A stretch of DNA of 64,000 bases from a virus (Duplodnaviria > Caudoviricetes). Numbering within the stretch: position 1 is the stretch's first letter; each line of letters begins with the position of its first letter. Shown here piece after piece: positions 9,937 through 19,501 of this stretch. The notes beneath the pieces were generated by a model. The model made no database searches and was not told the origin of the DNA. It was given only the letters and a program-made list of their open reading frames with translations. The translations under genes were made by a program, and so were the position numbers. Location of the stretch: positions 32,001 to 96,000 of IMG/VR virus record IMGVR_UViG_3300032218_002424; one strand, written 5' to 3'.

Positions 9937-10720
9937 CAATACAATAGCTCTAGAAACAGCTTCACGAGGCTTAGAACGACTTATGGTGGGTTCTAAGCAA
10001 AAAGGAGTTATAGACGATGGCGGGACAGTTCAAAAAATTTCTGCTGGACTTTATTATCAGGTTAATGTAATGAATTCAATGGTAACAGAAGATTGCATAT
10101 CTCAAGGATATGTAAATAAAATATTTAATAAGATTAAGTTTGATTTAAATGAATTTATGGATATGCAAGCAAGATCTAAACCAAAATCATTTCACCATGT
10201 TTATGAATGGGGAAAAGTTGGTCAATCAGATTCAAGATTGTTTACAATTAATAGATCTAAGCAAAATGGGTTTAATTTTGTTTTAGGATATGATTTTAAA
10301 CTTTCAACAACAACTGTTCCAGAAAAAGGAAAAAATCCAAAAAAATATGTTTTTAAAAATAAAGCAATGGTTATGGAATATGCAGAGCAAGTAATTGTTC
10401 GTCCAAAAAATCCAAAGGCAGGTTTAGCTTTTGATATTGATGGAAAGTTTATTACCCTTGCTGCTGGAAAATCTGTTAAGATTAATAACCCAGGCGGTAA
10501 AGATGTTAAACTTTCATTTGCAAATGCATATACAAGATTTATGTCTGGGCCAGTTCAAAATTCAATTGCTATGTCTGGAGCTAAAGAATCATTTCAGGCA
10601 GTAATAGCAAACTCTATGCATTTGCCAGGTATGATAAAAGCAAAATCTTATTCCTATAATCCAGCATCTGTTAAGAATGCCGCAAAGAATGCAGTTCAAT
10701 TGAACGGGAGAAACATGTGA
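9929..10720 (+). CDS. Neck/tail-completion protein
   Basis: Synteny; likely TTG start at 9929 overlapping the upstream stop; FHHVYEWG motif. Confidence 0.55.
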   Translation: MINNTIALETASRGLERLMVGSKQKGVIDDGGTVQKISAGLYYQVNVMNSMVTEDCISQGYVNKIFNKIKFDLNEFMDMQARSKPKSFHHVYEWGKVGQSDSRLFTINRSKQNGFNFVLGYDFKLSTTTVPEKGKNPKKYVFKNKAMVMEYAEQVIVRPKNPKAGLAFDIDGKFITLAAGKSVKINNPGGKDVKLSFANAYTRFMSGPVQNSIAMSGAKESFQAVIANSMHLPGMIKAKSYSYNPASVKNAAKNAVQLNGRNM

Positions 10721-11229
10721 GTGTAAATTACAAATTGGATTCAGCTAATGAAGTTCGTAAATTTTTATGGCGGGAATTAGAAGCACAGGGAATCTTCAAA
10801 GAGACAGACTATTATTCTGATAATGTTGGGGAGATAATTATCCCTATTATTCCAGTACAACAACAGCCAGAATTAAATCAATTCCTTAATGGTAAAAAGC
10901 ACATAGTCTATGATAAAACTAATATGACTTATGACTCTAATTGGCTTATATGCACTGAAAAGATGCAGTTTACTTTATATGCAATTGATGTGTCTGATAT
11001 CAATGAAATGAGAAACTTCATTATTGACCTATTTAGAAGAATGGATGAGTCAGCCAGAGATATTAATAGCTTTATGGGAAATGCTAGTCTTATTAGATTT
11101 CATACAATTTATATGTCTGATATATCCCCAATTGCCCCATCAGAAGAATTGCAGGGATTCCTTTCAGCAGATGTTATTATTGAGGTAAAGTATTCAAGAG
11201 ACGTAAATTCAGCAGGTAGATACAAATAA
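10717..11229 (+). CDS. Tail terminator protein
   Basis: Position immediately before the tail tube gene; size. Confidence 0.55.
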   Translation: MSVNYKLDSANEVRKFLWRELEAQGIFKETDYYSDNVGEIIIPIIPVQQQPELNQFLNGKKHIVYDKTNMTYDSNWLICTEKMQFTLYAIDVSDINEMRNFIIDLFRRMDESARDINSFMGNASLIRFHTIYMSDISPIAPSEELQGFLSADVIIEVKYSRDVNSAGRYK

Positions 11230-11232
11230 CCC

Positions 11233-11261
11233 TTGCTTTATGAACTGATCAACTGTAAAAT
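11233..11261 (+). promoter_or_regulatory. Promoter of the major tail gene
   Basis: TTGCTT, 17 bp, TAAAAT; ~60-nt leader with SD AGGAGG. Confidence 0.6.
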
Positions 11262-11330
11262 TAGAACTGAGGAAAGATGCCTAGCCAGCAGCCACTAAAA
11301 AATTTATAGTATTCCAGGAGGTGGAAATAA

Positions 11331-11975
11331 ATGGCATTTGAAGCAAAAAATATTATTGTCGGAGCAGCACCGCTGTTCTTGTCAAAAAAGGATTCAACTA
11401 ACGCAACATACGCAATAGTTCTTCCAGAAGGAACTAACGTAACAGCTAATACTTCAATTTATGATCCAGCAACTCGTGAGTTGTCAGGAGCAGGATTATC
11501 AGCAGCATATGCAAACGTTGGTTACACAAACAACGGTCTACAAATTACTTACAACCCAACATACGGTTCAGTAACAGTTGACCAGCTTCTTGATACAGCT
11601 AAGCTGTTCAAGGAGTCAATGGAAGTAATGCTTGCAACTGAATTTACAGAAGCAACACTTGAGAACGTTCTTAAGGTATTTGGTCAAGGAGCAGACACTC
11701 TTTCAAACGATACTCTAGGACTCGAAGCAGGTGCTCTTGGTCAAGAGCCAACAGAGCGTCAACTTATCGCTGTAGGTCTTGCACCACGTTCATCAGCAAA
11801 CAAGAAGCGTGAGCGTGTATATTATGCACGTCGTGTACTTTCTGTACAGCAGTCACAATTCACACTTGCACGTAATAACCCAACAGTATTTCCAGTAACC
11901 TTCCGTCTTCTTCCAGATGCAGCATATGCAGGAGCAGAATACGGTAAGATTATTGACCGTGTAATTGAAGCTTAA
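11331..11975 (+). CDS. Major tail tube protein
   Basis: NIIVGAA, VGYTNNG, VDQ, EATLEN, FPVTFRLLPD; strong SD; high-expression codons; synteny. Confidence 0.85.
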   Translation: MAFEAKNIIVGAAPLFLSKKDSTNATYAIVLPEGTNVTANTSIYDPATRELSGAGLSAAYANVGYTNNGLQITYNPTYGSVTVDQLLDTAKLFKESMEVMLATEFTEATLENVLKVFGQGADTLSNDTLGLEAGALGQEPTERQLIAVGLAPRSSANKKRERVYYARRVLSVQQSQFTLARNNPTVFPVTFRLLPDAAYAGAEYGKIIDRVIEA

Positions 11976-12005
11976 TTCAAAACTTAATAACAACTTAATA
12001 TAGAG

Positions 12006-12034
12006 GCATGGCCCCCAGAAATGGGGGTCCATGC
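12006..12034 (+). terminator. Hairpin terminator after the tail tube gene
   Basis: GCATGG-CCCCCA-GAAA-TGGGGG-T-CCATGC, GNRA loop. Confidence 0.75.
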
Positions 12035-12090
12035 ATTTGGTTTATCAAAACACTTTTGATATAATTAAAGAAATTAGGAAGAGGAATAAA

Positions 12091-12423
12091 TTGGCAACTA
12101 CAGTATATAATGTAGAAGAAATCGAATTACAAAGCGGAGATAAGGTAAAGCTTAAGCCTTTATCAATTAAAGAACTTAGAGAGTTCATGGTCGTCATCGG
12201 AAAGACGGCAAACGTATCAACAGAAGATGAAACATTAGATATCCTTATTGAGGCATGTGGAGTAGCACTTAAGAAGCAGCTACCAGATTTGGTTACAAAT
12301 AAAGATGCATTTGAAGATGCACTTGATGTTCCAACAATCAACAGAATTCTTGAGGTTTGTGGCGGAATTAATATGTCAGACCCAAACCTTCTGGCGGCTC
12401 AAGTTCTAACTGGTCAGAACTAG
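12091..12423 (+). CDS. Tail assembly chaperone (gpG-like)
   Basis: TTG start at 12091 after SD GAGGA; between the tube and tape-measure genes. Confidence 0.8.
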   Translation: MATTVYNVEEIELQSGDKVKLKPLSIKELREFMVVIGKTANVSTEDETLDILIEACGVALKKQLPDLVTNKDAFEDALDVPTINRILEVCGGINMSDPNLLAAQVLTGQN

Positions 12424-12755
12424 ATCTAGCCGCTTTAGAAGGACAAGTTTTTCTACTAGGTTTTTGGAAAAATTTTGAGGACCTAGAAGAAAATCTTTCA
12501 ATGCCAGAACTTATACACATACTTAAAACTATGGGCAAGAAAGAAGATGATAACAGAAGATTCCAGGCTTCATTGCAGGGAATAAACCTTGGAGAGGATG
12601 AGGTCATTGAGGAAGAGCATTCAAGTTTTGATGAGATCAAAATGAGAGCACTTGGAATTAATGGACTCGAAAACGATATCATTGCTCTTCGTGGTTCTGC
12701 AGCATCAGCAAAAGGTTTTGGAATAAACGAAGGACTTGGTTATTCCGAAGAATAA
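12091..12755 (+). CDS. Tail assembly chaperone, -1 frameshifted form (gpGT-like)
   Basis: Slippery heptamer C CCA AAC at 12381-12387; the -1 frame is open (PSGGSSSNWSELDLAALEGQVFLLGFW) into track ORF 12501-12755. Confidence 0.82.
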
Positions 12756-12758
12756 AAA

Positions 12759-15700
12759 ATGACAGAGAACATTAATACCCAGATCACCGCTAGTGCTGAC
12801 TTTTCTAGTTTAATAAGTCAGATACACCAAGCGGTATCTCAATTAGCTCTCTTGCAACAAAAAATCGGTGCATCAAATGTAGCACTGAGTCAACAAATAA
12901 ATGCAAGTAATAATGCATTTGCAAATACATTAAAAAATAGTAATCAATTTAGCACACACTTTGTAACCTTAGCTGGAGATACTGAAAAATTTGGTAAAGC
13001 TTTAGATCAAGGAAAACTAAAGTTAAAAGACTATTATAATTCTTGGCAACAATATCATCGCCAAGGCACTGGATTAATCAAAGATCTGGCAAAACAACAA
13101 GCGGCATTACAAAATGCAATTGTTCAACCTATGGGCAGAAATGCTCAAGGACAAATGCAGTTCAATGTACATGTTCCAGCTGGAATTGACGAGCTTGCAA
13201 ATAAAACAAAAATTGCTAAGCAAGAAATGTCAATCCTTAATAAAGTTATGTCTGACGGGGCCAACCAGTTAATTAACTGGGGAAAGAATACACAGTGGGC
13301 AGGCCGCCAATTAACAGTAGGTTTAACAGTTCCAATGGCAGCATTTGGACAAGCTGCAGCACAATCATTTATGCAGATTGATACAGAACTAACAAGACTT
13401 ACAAAAGTTTATGGCGGACTGTCTGCTACCTCACAAACAGAGTTAACAAAAGTAAGAAATGAAACTATCAAAACAGCAAAAGAACTTTCTTCTGCATACG
13501 GAGTTAACTTTAAAGAAACTATTGCTTTAGCAGCTGACATTGCTGCAACAGGTAAACAAGGCAATGAACTTATGTCTTCACTTAGGGAAACAACAAGATT
13601 GTCTGTTCTTGGTGAAGTAAGTAGACAAGATGCAATGAAAGCAACTCTCGCTATTCAAAATGCATTTAAACAAAATACAACAGAACTTGGTCAATCAATT
13701 GACTTCCTTAACGCTGTTGAAAACCAAACATCAACCACACTTCAAGATTTGGTTAATGCTATTCCAAAAGCTGGTCCAGTTGTAAAGGGCTTGGGCGGAA
13801 ATGTAAAAGACCTTGCATTAATGTTGGTAGCAATGAAAGAAGGAGGCGTTGATGCCGCTTCTGCTGCAAACGGATTAAAGTCAGCACTTGGATCTTTAAT
13901 TAATCCAACAAAAACAGCAAAGGGATTATTCCAATCTTTTGGTATTGATCTTGGATCTATTGTAAATAATAATGCTGGCCATGTAACAGATACGATTATG
14001 GCATTGCAAGAGGCATTAAATAAATTAAATCCATTACAAAAACAACAAGCTTTAGAAGCTTTGTTTGGTAAGTACCAGTTTGCAAGAATGGGTGCACTGT
14101 TTGACAATCTAGGTAAAAAGGGAAGCCAAACGCTTCAGGTATTAGATTTGATGAAAGCAAGCACACAAGATCTTGCTGGAGTAGCACAACGAGAATTAGC
14201 ACAGCAAACAGAGTCAGCATCTGGAAAGTATAAAAGAGCACTCGAATCATTAAGAGCAGATTTAGCAACAGTAGGATCTGGATTTTTGGGAGTGTCAACA
14301 AATCTTCTTAAAATTGCTGATGGAATCCTTAAGGCTTTTAATGCACTTCCATCTCCAGTCAAAAAGTTTGTAACTTTATTGGGTGGGTTAACAGCTGTAG
14401 CAGGACCAATTATTATGCTTACTGGTGTATTCTCAAACTTCTTGGGATACGTACTTAAAGGTTTTGCTGGTATTAGAGCATTCTTTAGTCATGCAGATAA
14501 GTTTAAATTATTAACTCCAGATATTAGAGCAGCAAATGAAGCTGGTCTTTTAATTGAAAAAACATTTTATTCAGATGCAGAAGCAGCAATTGTATTAAAA
14601 AATGCATTATCAGCACTTAAACTAGAAATGCAACAAATTGCTGCATTGGCAAACGAACATACTATTACAGCTAAGCCACTTGTTGGTGGAATTAGTGGCA
14701 CACAAATTGGCGGACTCGATTTTGCACATTATAATCCACAAGCTAGATTAACAGAAGAGCAAAGACTACAACAAACTTTTCATACAGCAATTCCATTAGA
14801 TCCATCTACTAATAAAAAGATTGGTGAAAATCCACAGGTAATGATGATGCCAGGTCAGGGCATTGCAAAAGTTCAGGGATTGACAATGATTAATGGAGCA
14901 ACCACTGGAATTAATGCGGCAGAGTCTGCAAAGTGGAATGCTATGATGACAACAATGGCAATGCGTACTAAGTCTGAAATGCAAGCCGTAGAAAAAGTTT
15001 TGATAGAAACAGGACAATTGCCAGCAGAATTTATGGCAGACTTTAATGTTATTCTTCCAAAGATGCAGGCAATTGCAACAACTGCAGCAGAATCTTCTGC
15101 TAGAGTTGCTCGTTCTGCAGAACAAGGAATTCTTTCTGTTAAGGCAGCTCAATCCGAAATTGAAGCAATTAATGCTGCAATGATTGCAGATATGAATGCC
15201 CTTAGTATTGCATCTGGAGTTCCGCAAGCTAGAATGACAATGGTTCCAGGAACCAATACAGCTATTGCTTCAGGTACTGCAGTTGCTGGAAATCAAGATT
15301 ACAATATGAGATCTGTTTTAAGAAGTGGCGAAGGAAGAATGGGTGGTATTACTTCTAGAATATCAAACGCACTTAAAATTGGAATTAGAAGAATTAAACT
15401 GCAAAATGGTGGAACAGCAATTGGACATTATTCAAAGGGATTTACTCCAAAATCTGCTATGGCAGCCGCAAGAATGCTCAAAGCTTTTGCAAAAAGATCT
15501 TCTGGTATTGGTGGATTAAGAACTCCTAATTTAAGAGGAACTGGAAGTGGTCCTTCTACAATTAGTGCATCTGAAGCGGGAACTGGAATATCATTTGGAT
15601 TATTAACAAAGAGAAACTCTAAGGTATATCAAGATCCAACAATTCAAGAATATGGAATTACTCCAACATCTGGAAATGATTTCTTAGTACATGCATTAAC

Positions 15701-18700
15701 TCCAGGGTATAGAGCAAGAACTGCATCCCTTCCAACAATGGGAACTCAATCAACCCCATCTGTTCCAGCAGATAGATTTGCTGAATTTGGAATAACAACT
15801 TCATCAAAATCTCCATACTTACAAACACTTCCAACACAATTTGTTAAAAATACTAAACAGTTTAATGAAGCATTAAGAGCTGGTGCAGATGCATCTCAGT
15901 TTAGACAAGTAACTGGACCTGATATGGTCAGCCTTTTGCTTTTCTTAAAAGATCAAGGTGTTAGTGCTGGTAAAGCAAAAGTAATTGCTGAAAGAGCAGC
16001 AAATGTTTTAAATGAGTTAGTTGCTTCATCTAATGTTCCTATTACAGAAGAATTATTTGGCAATATGGTTAATCGTGCTTCTGTAAGAGCAATTAGAAGC
16101 GGATTCCTTCCATCAATGACTAGAGTTGTAGATTCAATGGGCTACGATATGCACACTAGAAACAGAGGACTTGCACCAGTACCTTATGCCAATGGAGTAA
16201 CAAAACTTCCAGGTTATGGCGGTGGAGATATTATTCCAGCTATGTTGGAGCCAGGAGAGTCTGTTGTAACAAAGCAAGCAACTGCAAGATATGCACCAAT
16301 CATTGATATGATGAATAAAGGTCAACTTCCAGGTTTTGCACAAGGAGTTACAGGTATTGGAAAATTAGGTAACTTTGCTAAAAATATAATTACAGGTCCA
16401 GGAATTGTAGCAAGTCTTGTTGGAGGTATTGCTGGACAAAATATTGGTAATCAATTAGGTGGAACATTTGGCGGACTTGCTGGTGGAATTATAGGTCCAG
16501 CATTGTTAAGTCCAGTAATGAAATTGGGTGGAGCATTATTTAATGTTGCTAAAGCTGGCGGCGGAGTAAGAACAGTTTTGATGGGATTGAGAACAGCATT
16601 AATGGCAAATCCGTGGGGACTTGCAATTACTGGAACATTAGCGGTTGCCGCAGGAATGTGGAAACTTTGGGACAATGCTAGAAAAGCAAGACAAGCTTCT
16701 GTAGATGCATTTAAATTAACTGGCAAAGAAGCTGCTGAAGCAAAAATTAAAGTTGTAAGTTTTTCAGACAATATTAAATCTGCTATGGAGAATGCTAAAA
16801 AACAAGCAGAATTAAACAAGGCATTAATTGAATCAACAAAAATTGCAGGTGGCACTGGCGGATTAAATATGACAGTTAAAGAACTTAAAGAAATGCAAAA
16901 GTCTGCTAAAGAAACAATGCCAGATATTGTTAAGATGTTTGATCAAATGGATCGTTCAGATGTTGTTGCAAATGCAGCAGCACTAAAAGCACAATTTGTA
17001 GCAGGTGGAAAATCAGCAGAAGAAGCATCAAAGATGATTTTTTCAATTATCTCTGTTTCTAATAAAGCTGGTATGGCAGTTAAAGCAATTTCTTCACAAG
17101 CGTTTGTTGATATTAAAGATAAGGCAACCGCAGCAACATCTTCTATAATTGCATTCAATAATGCAATGAAGGTTGGAGCAGATAAAAAAGAATTAGCAGC
17201 AGCTTTTGATTCAGCAATGAGTTCCGTAGATGCATACTATCAAAGTCTTGTTGGAAGCAAAGATGAAACTGGACATATCATTACACAGACAGAAGCCCTT
17301 GCCATGTCTATGGATAAATTAAATAAGAATGCAAAAACAAATAAGGCAATTGGTGCAGACCAACTCGCAATCTTATTAAAAGAACGTCCAGAAATGTTGG
17401 GAATTCTTAGTGCAACAGATAGCACTGCAGATGCATATGCAAAGATTAAACTTTATACATCAGGAATTGCAGCAGACTTAACAAACATTAGCGGCAAACA
17501 AGCACAATCAATGTTGTCAGCACAAACAGCATTACAGCAAAGTGCAACAAATATTACTACAGATGCATCTCTTGGTGCACCAACTTCTGGTTTAGCAGCA
17601 CTTGGAACAAAGGCAGCAACCGATTCAAAGAATGCAGCTGCCGCTGCATCTGCTGCAGCTAAAGCAGCACAAAGAGATATTACTGCTGAAACAAATGCAA
17701 TTGATAAAAAAATTCAAGCAATTAAAGCAGAAGCAGATGCAAGAAAGAAAGCATTGTCAGAACAACAAGCATCTGCAGATATATCTCTTCAAATTCAACA
17801 GCAACAACTTAAATATCAACAAGCAATTGCTACTGGTAATATGGCAGATGCTGCTTCAGCACAATTAGAAATTCAAAAGTTAAGTGGACAACGTCAGACA
17901 CAACTTGCTCAAAATGCGATTGATAATAAAGCACAATCTCAAACTGAGGCCCTACAATCTCAAAAAGATGGTTTGGCAGCATCAATAGCAGCAGCTCAAA
18001 AGAAAGCAACAGATCTTCAAGGAAAAGCAACTGGTGCTGCAGACTATAGTTCAAAAATTCAAGCAATCCAACAAGCTATTGCGGGATTAATTTCTGAAAC
18101 ATCTCTTACTAGTGATCCAGCAACAATTAAAGCAAATGGAATAAAGTTAAGTCAGCAACTAGATGCCTTAAGAAAACTTGGATCTGAAGGTGTAAAGGCG
18201 GCAAATGCAATTGCTCCAACTTCTGGAAAAGTTTATAATGGTTCTACTCTTGAAAATAAGCCAACCGACTACGCACAAGTTCTTCAGCAGCTTGCATCTA
18301 AAAATGAACAAAATGCAAAAGATCAAAAATTATTTAGTGGATCGGTTTCAGATTTTGCAGCAGCAGTAGCACTCTTTAAGGGAGTTAACACAACTGGAAG
18401 TAATACAACCTTTACAAGTGGAAAAGCAGCTGCAGCAGCATTTAATAAAAAAACTGGCGGGTCTTGGGGTGCTAGTCAATTTGATAATTTTGAAACAAAA
18501 GCAAATACAAATTCTGATAGCGTATCTTCACAATTTGGTAAAGGAATGGGATATTCAGAAGGAACAGAATTTTCTGTAGATCATAACTTTAAGAGATACA
18601 CATATAAGATGCAAAAGAATAAAGATGGAAATCTTTATGCAGCATTTGAATCTGTTACACAGCTTCCAAAGAAAGCACAAGGTGGACTTATGTTTGGTCC

Positions 18701-19043
18701 AGGAACTGGAACATCTGATTCAATTCCAGCAATGCTTTCTAGAGGAGAGTATGTTGTTAAAGCATCTGCTGTTCAAAAATATGGCGTTGGCACATTAGAT
18801 AGCATTAACTCTCTTAAGATGGCAGCAGGCGGAATGGTAATGTCATATGGAGACACTTCAAGATATATGGGCGGCGGAAGAATTGCTATGGCACAGGGTG
18901 GACAAGCTACCACTGGAAATGTTATAATTTCTAATAACATTACTGTTAATGGAACAAACCTATCTGGTGATGAAATTGCAAGAGCAATTACTGTTGAACA
19001 AAATCGTCAAATGGCTATGAGCGGAAGAAGAAGGACTTATTAA
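12759..19043 (+). CDS. Tape measure protein
   Basis: 2094 aa, Ala-rich and helical; TP901-type core (WGKNTQWAGRQLTVG, LAADIAATG); hydrophobic segments; follows the chaperone. Confidence 0.93.
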   Translation: MTENINTQITASADFSSLISQIHQAVSQLALLQQKIGASNVALSQQINASNNAFANTLKNSNQFSTHFVTLAGDTEKFGKALDQGKLKLKDYYNSWQQYHRQGTGLIKDLAKQQAALQNAIVQPMGRNAQGQMQFNVHVPAGIDELANKTKIAKQEMSILNKVMSDGANQLINWGKNTQWAGRQLTVGLTVPMAAFGQAAAQSFMQIDTELTRLTKVYGGLSATSQTELTKVRNETIKTAKELSSAYGVNFKETIALAADIAATGKQGNELMSSLRETTRLSVLGEVSRQDAMKATLAIQNAFKQNTTELGQSIDFLNAVENQTSTTLQDLVNAIPKAGPVVKGLGGNVKDLALMLVAMKEGGVDAASAANGLKSALGSLINPTKTAKGLFQSFGIDLGSIVNNNAGHVTDTIMALQEALNKLNPLQKQQALEALFGKYQFARMGALFDNLGKKGSQTLQVLDLMKASTQDLAGVAQRELAQQTESASGKYKRALESLRADLATVGSGFLGVSTNLLKIADGILKAFNALPSPVKKFVTLLGGLTAVAGPIIMLTGVFSNFLGYVLKGFAGIRAFFSHADKFKLLTPDIRAANEAGLLIEKTFYSDAEAAIVLKNALSALKLEMQQIAALANEHTITAKPLVGGISGTQIGGLDFAHYNPQARLTEEQRLQQTFHTAIPLDPSTNKKIGENPQVMMMPGQGIAKVQGLTMINGATTGINAAESAKWNAMMTTMAMRTKSEMQAVEKVLIETGQLPAEFMADFNVILPKMQAIATTAAESSARVARSAEQGILSVKAAQSEIEAINAAMIADMNALSIASGVPQARMTMVPGTNTAIASGTAVAGNQDYNMRSVLRSGEGRMGGITSRISNALKIGIRRIKLQNGGTAIGHYSKGFTPKSAMAAARMLKAFAKRSSGIGGLRTPNLRGTGSGPSTISASEAGTGISFGLLTKRNSKVYQDPTIQEYGITPTSGNDFLVHALTPGYRARTASLPTMGTQSTPSVPADRFAEFGITTSSKSPYLQTLPTQFVKNTKQFNEALRAGADASQFRQVTGPDMVSLLLFLKDQGVSAGKAKVIAERAANVLNELVASSNVPITEELFGNMVNRASVRAIRSGFLPSMTRVVDSMGYDMHTRNRGLAPVPYANGVTKLPGYGGGDIIPAMLEPGESVVTKQATARYAPIIDMMNKGQLPGFAQGVTGIGKLGNFAKNIITGPGIVASLVGGIAGQNIGNQLGGTFGGLAGGIIGPALLSPVMKLGGALFNVAKAGGGVRTVLMGLRTALMANPWGLAITGTLAVAAGMWKLWDNARKARQASVDAFKLTGKEAAEAKIKVVSFSDNIKSAMENAKKQAELNKALIESTKIAGGTGGLNMTVKELKEMQKSAKETMPDIVKMFDQMDRSDVVANAAALKAQFVAGGKSAEEASKMIFSIISVSNKAGMAVKAISSQAFVDIKDKATAATSSIIAFNNAMKVGADKKELAAAFDSAMSSVDAYYQSLVGSKDETGHIITQTEALAMSMDKLNKNAKTNKAIGADQLAILLKERPEMLGILSATDSTADAYAKIKLYTSGIAADLTNISGKQAQSMLSAQTALQQSATNITTDASLGAPTSGLAALGTKAATDSKNAAAAASAAAKAAQRDITAETNAIDKKIQAIKAEADARKKALSEQQASADISLQIQQQQLKYQQAIATGNMADAASAQLEIQKLSGQRQTQLAQNAIDNKAQSQTEALQSQKDGLAASIAAAQKKATDLQGKATGAADYSSKIQAIQQAIAGLISETSLTSDPATIKANGIKLSQQLDALRKLGSEGVKAANAIAPTSGKVYNGSTLENKPTDYAQVLQQLASKNEQNAKDQKLFSGSVSDFAAAVALFKGVNTTGSNTTFTSGKAAAAAFNKKTGGSWGASQFDNFETKANTNSDSVSSQFGKGMGYSEGTEFSVDHNFKRYTYKMQKNKDGNLYAAFESVTQLPKKAQGGLMFGPGTGTSDSIPAMLSRGEYVVKASAVQKYGVGTLDSINSLKMAAGGMVMSYGDTSRYMGGGRIAMAQGGQATTGNVIISNNITVNGTNLSGDEIARAITVEQNRQMAMSGRRRTY

Positions 19044-19501
19044 TGAGCACAGTATATTTACCAGTAGGCTCAGCACTCTTTGTTGATACTTCAACAAATG
19101 ATACTCCAGTATGGCAAAAATTAACAGAGCACAATAGATCTCAGATAACTTTAGACAATAACAGAATTGAAAAAATTCAAAGAATGTCCAATGGGACACT
19201 TAGAAAATTATTTGTGGCGGATAAAAAGACATTTAGTACATCTTGGACAATGCTTCCATCATATTCAACAATGACAGTTGATGGCGGATGGGGAGCAGAA
19301 GATTTAAGATCATTTTATTATGGAACAAAAGGACAACAAACTTTTAAATTAAGAATTTCATATAATGGTACAAGAACAGAAGATTTTGTTGTTTCCTTTC
19401 AAACATGCAATTTTACAGTAGTCAAAAGAAATGTGAAGGCAAAATCATCAGATACACCCCAAGAATTTTGGGATGTTAGTCTTGCAATGGAACAGGTATA
19501 A
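19043..19501 (+). CDS. Distal tail protein (Dit-like)
   Basis: First gene after the TMP; RMSNGTLRK motif; size. Confidence 0.6.
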   Translation: MSTVYLPVGSALFVDTSTNDTPVWQKLTEHNRSQITLDNNRIEKIQRMSNGTLRKLFVADKKTFSTSWTMLPSYSTMTVDGGWGAEDLRSFYYGTKGQQTFKLRISYNGTRTEDFVVSFQTCNFTVVKRNVKAKSSDTPQEFWDVSLAMEQV

